A stretch of 29,223 nucleotides of DNA from Coleofasciculus chthonoplastes F2-STO-03 (GTDB lineage Bacteria > Cyanobacteriota > Cyanobacteriia > Cyanobacteriales > Coleofasciculaceae), in the NCBI GenBank assembly GCA_040222015.1, contig JAVJWO010000157.1, positions 1-29,223 on the forward strand, given 5' to 3'. A model generated the notes under the pieces. It searched no databases and had not been told where the DNA came from. It worked only from the letters and a program-made list of their open reading frames with translations. The position numbers and the translations under genes were made by a program. Shown piece by piece: positions 18,097-26,012 of this stretch. The stretch's first letter is position 1. Each line of letters begins with the position of its first letter.

Positions 18097-18311
18097 GAGG
18101 CGAACGAGTTCGGTTGCGAATTAGGGAACTAGCTGCTAGGGAAAACTGGACGTTGCTGGATGTCGCTCAACGGTCTGGAGTTCCCTATAGTACCATCAAA
18201 ACCTACGCGCGATCGCCAGGAATGACGATGGTGGATATTGGGGCGTTGCTGAAGTTAGCACGGACATTTGATGTATTGATAGAGGATTTGTTTGAGATTG
18301 TGCAAGAGTAG
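18090..18311 (+). CDS. XRE/Cro-C1 HTH transcriptional regulator
   Basis: RLRIRELA...WTLLDVAQRSGVPYSTI...LLKLARTFDVLIEDLF. Confidence 0.9.
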   Translation: MSRGERVRLRIRELAARENWTLLDVAQRSGVPYSTIKTYARSPGMTMVDIGALLKLARTFDVLIEDLFEIVQE

Positions 18312-18346
18312 GTCATTTGTCATTTGTCATTTGTCATTCGTCATTC
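18312..18346 (+). repeat. Heptamer STRR tandem repeat GTCATT(T/C) x5
   Basis: Five consecutive 7-mers directly after the stop codon. Confidence 0.95.
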
Positions 18347-18462
18347 ATCATACTCGTTCCCGAAAAGAAGCAAACTACGTCTTATGTCATATCTAAGGGT
18401 TTGAGGAATATTGATTTATGGATTAGTCCCACGCCCAGAAACCGTAGGGGCGCACCGACGTG

Positions 18463-18663
18463 CTAGCGCGAGTTTGGCTGATTCTCTGGTGGTAAGCCCG
18501 GATTAAACATCACCAAAAATTGGGCATTCGGCATCAGACGGCGGAGTATATGAAGATGACCATCAGCATCGGAACGGCTACGATACTGCGCTACTGTGAC
18601 TTGTTGCATTTTGGGTAGCAGGCGAACCAGCACCCAAGGATAAAGGCGTTGTTTGTAAGGCAT
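18463..18663 (-). CDS. Small cyanobacterial hypothetical protein
   Basis: Y..RL.PW..VRLLP.MQ..TVA.YRSRSDA.GHL..LRRLMP pattern, recalled from filamentous cyanobacteria; GGAG SD upstream. Confidence 0.75.
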   Translation of the reverse strand: MPYKQRLYPWVLVRLLPKMQQVTVAQYRSRSDADGHLHILRRLMPNAQFLVMFNPGLPPENQPNSR

Positions 18664-18761
18664 AATAAATGTGTCTCCATCTGAAATTGGAGCCAGAGCC
18701 AGTGCTAATAGGTTGGTAGCCGGGATGCACTGGCTTTCTGACCATCTGAAGTTCTGCCTTT

Positions 18762-18799
18762 ATACTACGGGCAAATTATGGTTAAGTCAATTTAACCAT
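18762..18799 (-). promoter_or_regulatory. Sigma70-type promoter with a perfect palindromic operator over the -35 box
   Basis: Minus strand TTGACT (18790-18785)-N17-TAGTAT (18767-18762); ATGGTTAA-N6-TTAACCAT (18778-18799). Confidence 0.65.
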
Positions 18800-18822
18800 G
18801 AGGATTCTGGAATAAAACAGTA

Positions 18823-19029
18823 ATGACGAGTGTGGGGGAAAAGCTTAAACGCCAGCGTGAATCACTGCATCTGACGCAGCAGCAAGTCGCTGATCAATTG
18901 GGTGTGACGGTAACTACTGTGAAAAATTGGGAAGCTGGCAGACATATCCCAAAGCTATACCCCATCCAGACGAAAGCATTGTGTGATTTGCTCGATTTAA
19001 CCTTAGACGAGTTGGCAGAGTATAGTTAA
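18823..19029 (+). CDS. XRE-family HTH transcriptional regulator
   Basis: LKRQRESLHLTQQQVADQLGVTVTTVKNWEAGRHIP. Confidence 0.92.
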   Translation: MTSVGEKLKRQRESLHLTQQQVADQLGVTVTTVKNWEAGRHIPKLYPIQTKALCDLLDLTLDELAEYS

Positions 19030-19144
19030 TGATGCCCAAGAGTCAGACAGCAAACGTGAGTAACTGATTGGGAAAGGAATGTAGGTAAAGGCAAGACGCG
19101 ATCGCTTGCTTGGTACTGAAGCTATTGTGAATGCATGATTAGGC

Positions 19145-19170
19145 GGTGCGTTACGCTGCGCTAACACACC
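19145..19170 (-). repeat. REP-like palindrome
   Basis: Reverse complement matches 13914-13939 with one difference. Confidence 0.75.
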
Positions 19171-19258
19171 ACCACTGAATCGGCACGCTTACGTTGCTGC
19201 CCCTAGTTTTCAGTATCTCTATAATTGATAATAAACGCCATTTTGGAGTATATCGCTA

Positions 19259-20434
19259 ATGCCACTTGCGCCAGCCGAAAAAACAATGTGGGAAACTCCC
19301 CCAGAGAAAGATCCCAAGAAAAAGTCTGACGATGAGATTAATGCCAAGTACGAGAAACGAGAAAGAAGAATACTCACGGAAATGAATCGTGAGAAGCTGC
19401 CCAGTTTTGCCGATGCGCTCAAAAAAACTGGCTATATGGAGATTAGACCATTTTTCCAGCGTAGACCTCGTTGGAATAAAAAAATGCAATCACGCCTAAT
19501 TGAGTCATTTCTAATCAACATTCCTGTTCCACCCATTATTCTGTACGAAAAGGAATATAACTCCTATGAAGTCATGGATGGTCAACAGAGAATCACTACC
19601 ATTCAAGATTTTTACGACAACAAACTCAAATTGACAGATTTAGAACTTTGGCCCGAACTAGAAGGATGCACTTATAATCAACTTCCCGAAAAAATAAAGG
19701 CAGGAATTGATCGTCGATCTATTTCATCTATAGTGCTGATCACGGAATCAGCCTCTGACCCCGAAGAAGCACTTTTCTTAAAACAGCTTGCTTTTGAACG
19801 CCTTAATACTGGAGGAGTGGCTCTAAGTCGTCAAGAAGTGCGAAACTGTTTATATTCCGGAGATTTTAACGATCTATTGGTCGAACTCGCTAAAAATCCT
19901 ATATTTGCCCGATCTTGGGGAATACCCATTGACGACAAGGAAGCACTTGAGAAAAACAGTTTATACAAAAAAATGGAAGAGGTGGAATTAGTTCTTCGTT
20001 TTTTTGCTCTGCGTCATTATCATCAATTCCAGGGAAAATTAGAGAAATTTCTTGATAGATACATGATTAAAAGTCTAAAATTCACCAAAGAAGACATTGT
20101 TTTTTTGAAAGATATATTCGTGAGAACTATTTCTATTGTCAACCAAATTTATGAAGATAATTTATTTAATCCGAAACAATTTGAACCCAATAATATGAAC
20201 TTTCAAGATCAGCCCTACAAAGCCTATTATGATGCGGTGATGGTGGGGTTTAGCAATCATTTAGATAGTGATGATGTTTTAATTGCTCGAAAACAAAAAG
20301 TAATTGAAGCAACTCAAAAACTCTTTGAAGAAGACAAAAATAAACTTTTAACAGGTAAAGGAAAAACGAAAGCGGATATTCAGAAACGACTGGGACTATT
20401 CGATGATATGCTTGCTCAAGTCATCAACGAATAA
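19259..20434 (+). CDS. DUF262 (GmrS/ParB-Srx-like) domain protein
   Basis: PFFQRR..W, LIESFLINIPVPPI, VMDGQQR, FERLNTGG..LS.QEVRN. Start could be 19286. Confidence 0.9.
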   Translation: MPLAPAEKTMWETPPEKDPKKKSDDEINAKYEKRERRILTEMNREKLPSFADALKKTGYMEIRPFFQRRPRWNKKMQSRLIESFLINIPVPPIILYEKEYNSYEVMDGQQRITTIQDFYDNKLKLTDLELWPELEGCTYNQLPEKIKAGIDRRSISSIVLITESASDPEEALFLKQLAFERLNTGGVALSRQEVRNCLYSGDFNDLLVELAKNPIFARSWGIPIDDKEALEKNSLYKKMEEVELVLRFFALRHYHQFQGKLEKFLDRYMIKSLKFTKEDIVFLKDIFVRTISIVNQIYEDNLFNPKQFEPNNMNFQDQPYKAYYDAVMVGFSNHLDSDDVLIARKQKVIEATQKLFEEDKNKLLTGKGKTKADIQKRLGLFDDMLAQVINE

Positions 20435-20437
20435 GTC

Positions 20438-21490
20438 ATGATGTTTCAAGAGCTTCTGAAAACCGTACAGATCAATATTTCTACTGTTCGTTCTATTATC
20501 CAAGTTAACGAAAGACTTAGAGAAAATGTTTTTGGAATCAAGAGTATAATCGCACAGGAACGGGGAACGCAAGCAAACTCTATCATTGATGAACTAACAC
20601 AGAATGCCCCAGAAGCTAGAAACTGGAGAATTTACGATCATTGTGCTGTAGTAACGCGGTTATACGCCATTTATGAGCGTTTTGTTGAAGACTTAATTCG
20701 AGAATGGATACAACTCCTGCCAGATTTATTTCCAGTTTATGCAGATTTGGGAGACAGAATTTGTAATACACATCGAGTAGGTGTAGCCCGGTTACTGTTA
20801 GATATAACAAAAAATAGATTTGGACATCTTTCTGTTGAAGAGGTTATTCGAGGATTATTTTATGGAGCTAGTGGTACTGGAGAAAAGTATGAACTACTCC
20901 CGGATGCATTTCTATTGCACGAGCAGAACTTACGCAAAAATACTTTAGATAAATTATTCGCTGATGCTGGTATTTCCCAGGCTTGGAGCTGGGTTGAAAA
21001 GCATAGAAAAATTAAGTATTTTGTTGAAGAAATTAGAGGGAGTGAAAATACAGCAGAAGGAGAACTCAATGAACTTATTGACTATCGAAATGATGCTGCC
21101 CACGGTGCTTTCATCGATACTATATTAAGTTCAAATGCACTGCTAGAATTATGTGATTTTGTTGAAGCGTTGTGTCAAGCGCTAGCTGAGTTGGTGACTT
21201 GTCAAATTATTGAACAGCAAACATCAACAGGTCAGGCTCAAGAAATTGGTCGAATTACGAAATGGTTGAAGAAACGCCAAGCGGCAGTTGCTAAGGTAGA
21301 GGAAACGACTTTATCAGTTGGAACAAGTGTTTTTCTTATGGGTGAAGCATACTGTCAATTGGCAAGGATTCAAAGTATTCGCATTAATGATGCTGATCAG
21401 GAGTCAGTACAGACAATCAGTGGCATGGAAGTGGGATTAAAATTTGATGTAGAAGCCCGAAACAACTTACGTTTATATGTGGTTAAATAA
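20438..21490 (+). CDS. HEPN-domain RNase (MAE_28990/RiboL-PSP-HEPN-like) with a C-terminal translation-factor-type beta-barrel
   Basis: LYAIYERFVE and RNDAAH (Rx4H, 21086-21103); C-terminal EIGRIT..AVAKV..LSVG..IQSIRIN..GMEVGLKF; starts 3 bp after the DUF262 stop. Confidence 0.85.
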   Translation: MMFQELLKTVQINISTVRSIIQVNERLRENVFGIKSIIAQERGTQANSIIDELTQNAPEARNWRIYDHCAVVTRLYAIYERFVEDLIREWIQLLPDLFPVYADLGDRICNTHRVGVARLLLDITKNRFGHLSVEEVIRGLFYGASGTGEKYELLPDAFLLHEQNLRKNTLDKLFADAGISQAWSWVEKHRKIKYFVEEIRGSENTAEGELNELIDYRNDAAHGAFIDTILSSNALLELCDFVEALCQALAELVTCQIIEQQTSTGQAQEIGRITKWLKKRQAAVAKVEETTLSVGTSVFLMGEAYCQLARIQSIRINDADQESVQTISGMEVGLKFDVEARNNLRLYVVK

Positions 21491-21699
21491 GCGAGGGCTA
21501 GTCTGTCAAACTAGGATAATTGGGAAAGGGCGATCGCGACCCTAATTTTGAACCCAAAGAGCGGGATTATTCTCCGAATAATAAATTAATGAGTCATATC
21601 ACCGTCCGTCAATAACCTCAGGCATTGTAAAATTTAGCTAATAGCACATTCTCTTCAGACTATGCCAAAATCAATGATATGTTTCACCAATTTTGAGCA

Positions 21700-22728
21700 A
21701 TGACTTGGTCTTCTGGACAGAAGTTGCATGGCAACAATTATATTCTGGAAAAAGAATTAAAACGCGGACAATTTAGCGTTACCTATCTGGCTAGGGATCG
21801 CAAGAAACATCAATGGGTGGTTAAAACCCTGAGTGATAAGTTGATCCACGACTTCAGCCAACCGGAAGTCGATCAGATTCAGGAAACGTTTTTGTGCGAA
21901 GCCGTAAAGCTGGTAAAATGCCGACATCCTCATCTGGTGCAATTTAAAGAACCGTTGGTCGAAGGACATCAGGTTGGCATTGTCATGGAGTATCTGGATG
22001 GTGTCGATTTAGCCAGCCACGCCCAAAAGGGTTTACCAGAGTCAGAAGCGCTGCTTTATATTCAACAAATTGGCGAAGCGCTAAAAGTGATTCACGAGGC
22101 GGGGTTAATCCATCGAGATGTCAAACCCAGTAATATTCGATTACGCACCGATAAACAAGAAGCCGTGTTAATTGATTTTGGGTTAGCGCGAGGATGTGAG
22201 GATGCGTCAACAACGGTTGATACCCATACAGCAGATGGGTTTGATGCCTTAGAGCTTTATAATGTGGACACTCCCCTAGGAGCTTATACGGATGTTTATT
22301 CATTAGCCGCAACGCTATACTTTTTAGTTACGGGAGAAATTCCGCCAACGGCAATGGATCGCTGTTTGTCGAAAGCGCGATTGATTCCACCAAAACAGAT
22401 TAACGAACAAATTAGCGATCGCACTAATGAAGTGATTCTGATCGGGATGGCGCTACAGGTTGAGGAACGCCCTCCAACCATGCAGGAATGGCTGGATTTA
22501 CTGGGATTGCAGCGCCAAATTTCTGGATCAAAACGCCAGAAGTCCCCGATGATCTTAATCGGCGCGATCATCGCCGTCGTTGGTGTGTTAGGTTTAATTG
22601 CGGCTTGGTTCTTGTTCAAACCTATAGCCATCCCTCAACAACCCACACCTGTGCAAACACCAGTCTCCTCGCTGATGTATACGCCTGTCAGTAGCGTTTC
22701 CCCAATCACCTTTTGGTCAAACGTTTAA
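21700..22728 (+). CDS. Hanks-type Ser/Thr protein kinase with a C-terminal TM helix
   Basis: VVKT, HRDVKPSN, LIDFGLAR, DVYSLAATLY, ERP; TM segment ILIGAIIAVVGVLGLIAAWFLF. Confidence 0.92.
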   Translation: MTWSSGQKLHGNNYILEKELKRGQFSVTYLARDRKKHQWVVKTLSDKLIHDFSQPEVDQIQETFLCEAVKLVKCRHPHLVQFKEPLVEGHQVGIVMEYLDGVDLASHAQKGLPESEALLYIQQIGEALKVIHEAGLIHRDVKPSNIRLRTDKQEAVLIDFGLARGCEDASTTVDTHTADGFDALELYNVDTPLGAYTDVYSLAATLYFLVTGEIPPTAMDRCLSKARLIPPKQINEQISDRTNEVILIGMALQVEERPPTMQEWLDLLGLQRQISGSKRQKSPMILIGAIIAVVGVLGLIAAWFLFKPIAIPQQPTPVQTPVSSLMYTPVSSVSPITFWSNV

Positions 22729-22931
22729 CAGACATCCGCCGTCTTCGTCAGGGAGAATACCAAGTCCGCTTAAGTAACCCTCTTTATCCCTTGGGTACTT
22801 TTTCTGTGGAACCTTCTGCCCTCTGCCTGATTATATTTTTTTAACCAGGGTTTATTTTTCTAACAAAAGCTGGACATTGGCACCATTACTGTCAAACTAA
22901 ATACTATCTCTACGTTGGAGGAGATTGGGCA

Positions 22932-23594
22932 GTGGAGTATGAAATTCGCTACAAGCCAGCCTTTGCCGCTATTTTCCTGACACTCAATCCCGGTGACAGA
23001 ATCACGGCAGAAGCAGGTGCGATGACGAGTATGGATGGTAGACTCACCGTGAAGACGGAGTTTTCGGGTGGCTTTATCCCAGGCTTACTGAAAAAGTTCT
23101 TTGGCGGAGAATCATTATTTGTTAATACATTTCATAATAAAACGCAACAACCCTTAACCCTAGTTCTCACCCAATCCACCATTGGCGACATTGTTGGTGT
23201 GGATTTGCGCGAACGTTCCCTTTGCTTTCAACCCGGTGCTTATATTTGCCATACCTCTGGCGTCAAACTGGGGGTGCGGTGGGCGGGTTTGAAGAGTTGG
23301 TTTTCTGGAGAAGGATTGTTCAAACTTCAAGTTAAGGGTCAGGGTAAGGTATTCTTTGGTGCTTATGGTGGATTGACGAAAAAGCGGGTTAATGGTGACT
23401 TTGTTGTCGATACGGGTCATTTAGTCGCCTATGAACCAACAATTAAGATGAATGTTGGTTTAGCCGGGGGTTTATTGGGTTCAATGACTTCTGGCGAAGG
23501 CTTCATTAATCGACTCACGGGGACAGGAGAAATTTATCTCCAGTCTCGCAGTATTAGTGGTTTAGTCAGCTATTTACAACCAAAATTGCGTTAA
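22932..23594 (+). CDS. AIM24/TIGR00266 family protein (1 of 3)
   Basis: AEAGAM, GGESLF, SGEGLF, VDTGHLVA, SGEG, YLQSR. Confidence 0.92.
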   Translation: MEYEIRYKPAFAAIFLTLNPGDRITAEAGAMTSMDGRLTVKTEFSGGFIPGLLKKFFGGESLFVNTFHNKTQQPLTLVLTQSTIGDIVGVDLRERSLCFQPGAYICHTSGVKLGVRWAGLKSWFSGEGLFKLQVKGQGKVFFGAYGGLTKKRVNGDFVVDTGHLVAYEPTIKMNVGLAGGLLGSMTSGEGFINRLTGTGEIYLQSRSISGLVSYLQPKLR

Positions 23595-23618
23595 TATAAC
23601 ACTCCAAATTTTTTCATA

Positions 23619-24296
23619 ATGAATATTGAACTGTTGCATCAACCCGATAGTGCGATCGCGCGTGTTGTTCTGGAGGCTAATGAAGAGTTAGTGGCGCAAG
23701 CTGGCTGCATGATTGCCATGAATGGTTCCATTAATGCCAGTACCACATTACGCAAGGGGAAGGGTGGCGGTATTTTGGGTGGACTCAAACGCATGGTGGC
23801 GGGAGAATCGCTATTTTTAAGTGTGTTCCGTTCACCGACGGCGGGGGGTGAAGTCTTTCTCGCGCCTAAACTTATGGGTGATCTTCTCGTCTATGAGATG
23901 AAGGGTAAAGAGTTAGTCGTTCAGGCAACATCGTATTTAGCTAGCGAGTCAGGGGTTGATATTGATCTCGGCTTTCAAGGGTTTAAATCTCTGTTTTCAG
24001 GTGAATCGATTTTTTGGTTGAGTCTTAGCGGCTATGGGGTTGTTTTGTTAACCTCATTTGGCGGAATTTATAAAGTGCCTGTCAATGGGGAATATGTTGT
24101 CGATACAGGTCATATTGTCGCCTTTGAAAAAAGTCTAAATTTTGATATTACCAAAGCCGGATCGAGTTGGTTAAGTGCCTTTTTGGGCGGAGAAGGACTG
24201 GTTTGTCGATTTAAAGGACAAGGAAACGTCTATTGCCAAACTCACAATCCTGGTGCTTTTGGTTCTCAGGTTGGTTCTAAACTACCGCCACAATGA
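23619..24296 (+). CDS. AIM24/TIGR00266 family protein (2 of 3)
   Basis: AGESLF, SGESIF, VDTGHIVAF, GGEGLVCRF. Confidence 0.92.
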   Translation: MNIELLHQPDSAIARVVLEANEELVAQAGCMIAMNGSINASTTLRKGKGGGILGGLKRMVAGESLFLSVFRSPTAGGEVFLAPKLMGDLLVYEMKGKELVVQATSYLASESGVDIDLGFQGFKSLFSGESIFWLSLSGYGVVLLTSFGGIYKVPVNGEYVVDTGHIVAFEKSLNFDITKAGSSWLSAFLGGEGLVCRFKGQGNVYCQTHNPGAFGSQVGSKLPPQ

Positions 24297-24374
24297 GCGG
24301 GTTTAGGTTGAGTCTCGTCCCTTCATAGCAAGTGGACGTAAATGGTGGGAAAACTAAATAAAGGATAAATCATC

Positions 24375-25073
24375 ATGAGTCAGCGAATTTCTTATAAAAT
24401 AGAGCATTCACCATCTTATGCTTCTTTGGTGATTAACTTGAAAACCAATGAAACGGTTTTAGTTGAATCCGGTGCTATGGCGGCAATGGATACTTGTATT
24501 AAAATGAAGTCCAGGGCTAAGGGTGGCTTGATGAAAGGACTTGGGCGAATGGTGAGTGGTGAGTCCTTTTTTATTAGTGAGTTTACCGCTGAAGGAAAAT
24601 CAGGAGAGTTGTATGTTTCCCCTGGAGTACCGGGAGATATTTGTCATTATTACTTGCAAGAGAATGGCTTAATGATTCAATCCTCTGGATTTGTCGCCGC
24701 TAGTCCCACAGTAGAAATAGATACCAAGTTTCAGGGGTTTAAAGGCTTCTTTAGTGGTGAGTCCTTATTTTTAATTCGGGCAACGGGAGTCGGGGATATT
24801 TGGTTTAGTTCTTATGGGGCAATTGTAGAAATTCCTGTGGCTGGAGATTATGTGGTAGATACCAGTTATATTGTGGCATTTGAAGATACGTTAAATTACA
24901 ACGTAGAAATGCTGGGCGGGTTATCGTTTCGTGGATTAAGAACGGGGATTTTGGGGGGTGAAGGATTGGTTTGTCGGTTTAATGGAGAAGGGCGGTTATG
25001 GGTGCAGTCGAGAGAACTGTATAGTTTGATTAATTTCTTAAATCCCTTCCGCCCGACGAAGAGTAATAATTAG
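24375..25073 (+). CDS. AIM24/TIGR00266 family protein (3 of 3)
   Basis: VESGAM, SGESFF, SGESLF, GGEGLVCRF, WVQSR. Confidence 0.92.
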   Translation: MSQRISYKIEHSPSYASLVINLKTNETVLVESGAMAAMDTCIKMKSRAKGGLMKGLGRMVSGESFFISEFTAEGKSGELYVSPGVPGDICHYYLQENGLMIQSSGFVAASPTVEIDTKFQGFKGFFSGESLFLIRATGVGDIWFSSYGAIVEIPVAGDYVVDTSYIVAFEDTLNYNVEMLGGLSFRGLRTGILGGEGLVCRFNGEGRLWVQSRELYSLINFLNPFRPTKSNN

Positions 25074-25332
25074 TATGTAGTAAGCGCTTTAGCGCTTCTA
25101 GGCACTAAAGTGCCGACTACGTACATACATAGGTACAAAAATAGTATGTAGTGAGCGCTTTAGCGCTTTGAGGCACTAAAGTGCCGACTACATACGTACA
25201 TAGGTACAAATAGTATGTAGTGAGCGCTTTAGCGCTTCTAGGCACTAAAGTGCCGACTACATACGTACATAGGTACAAATAGCTTGTAGTAAGCGCTTTA
25301 GCGCTTTGAGGCACTAAAGTGCCGACTACATA
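25071..25332. repeat. Array of four REP doublets (BIME/REPIN-like), unit 69-71 bp
   Basis: Units start at 25071, 25142, 25211 and 25280. Each is GTAGT(A/G)AGCGCTTTAGCGCT, a 4-nt linker, then inverted GTAGTCGGCACTTTAGTGCC. Confidence 0.95.
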
Positions 25333-25364
25333 CATACATACACATACATACGAGCCAGAATATT

Positions 25365-25979
25365 ATGTATGAATATCGCCGACTAACTCCCACACAACGA
25401 GCTGAATTAGTTCAGCAACGCTTGTCTCGTGGTTATCCACCTCACGCGCCTCCCCATGTTGTGACTGACAAGGAATTTTATCTCTTAACAGCAGCTTGTT
25501 ATGAACACAAGTGCCATGTTAAGGATGAATGTCGCCGCCAAGAGTTACTCAATTTGCTATTTGATGCGTTCGTAACGGCTGGGATGGAAATCCGCGCCTG
25601 GGTTGTTCTGCCAAATCACTATCATCTCTTGGTACATCTGACTAATTTTGATGAGTTGAGTCGCCTGTTTCGCTTAGTACATGGTCGTACTTCTTATCAA
25701 TGGAATCGGGATGATAATGTCACCCGTCGTAAGGTTTGGTATCGTTATAGCGATCGCGCTATTCGATCAGAACGACATTATTTTGCTGCTTTAAACTATC
25801 TCCATTACAATCCAGTTAAACATGGCTGGAGCCAATCTCCTTATGATTGGCGTGAAAGTAGCGTTCATTGGTATCTGGCAAATTTCGGACGCCAGTGGTT
25901 GAGAGATTCGTGGATTGAATATCCTGTGCGTGATTACGGTAAAGATTGGGATGATTTTGAGGAAGATGGTCATTATTAG
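25365..25979 (+). CDS. rayT: REP-associated tyrosine transposase (RAYT/TnpA-REP, HUH Y1)
   Basis: YLLTAAC, AWVVLPNHYHLL (HUH), VW...DRAIR, YLHYNPVKHG (catalytic Tyr), P.DW..SS; flanked by inverted REPs. Confidence 0.92.
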   Translation: MYEYRRLTPTQRAELVQQRLSRGYPPHAPPHVVTDKEFYLLTAACYEHKCHVKDECRRQELLNLLFDAFVTAGMEIRAWVVLPNHYHLLVHLTNFDELSRLFRLVHGRTSYQWNRDDNVTRRKVWYRYSDRAIRSERHYFAALNYLHYNPVKHGWSQSPYDWRESSVHWYLANFGRQWLRDSWIEYPVRDYGKDWDDFEEDGHY

Positions 25980-25999
25980 AGCGCTAAAGCGCTCACTAC
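25980..25999 (-). repeat. Single cognate REP immediately after the rayT stop
   Basis: Reverse complement GTAGTGAGCGCTTTAGCGCT, identical to REP-A of array units 2 and 3. Confidence 0.95.
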
Positions 26000-26012
26000 G
26001 AACGAATTTTCT

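Noticed and set aside
17532..19029. Prophage immunity region
   Set aside because: No integrase, replication or structural phage genes in the window. The XRE modules are reported as a finding instead.
25071..25332. CRISPR array
   Set aside because: The intervening segments are nearly identical rather than unique spacers, there are no cas genes, and the repeats are REP doublets beside a RAYT.
25117..25335. 72-aa repetitive ORF (YVVGTLVP...)
   Set aside because: Translation of the REP array.
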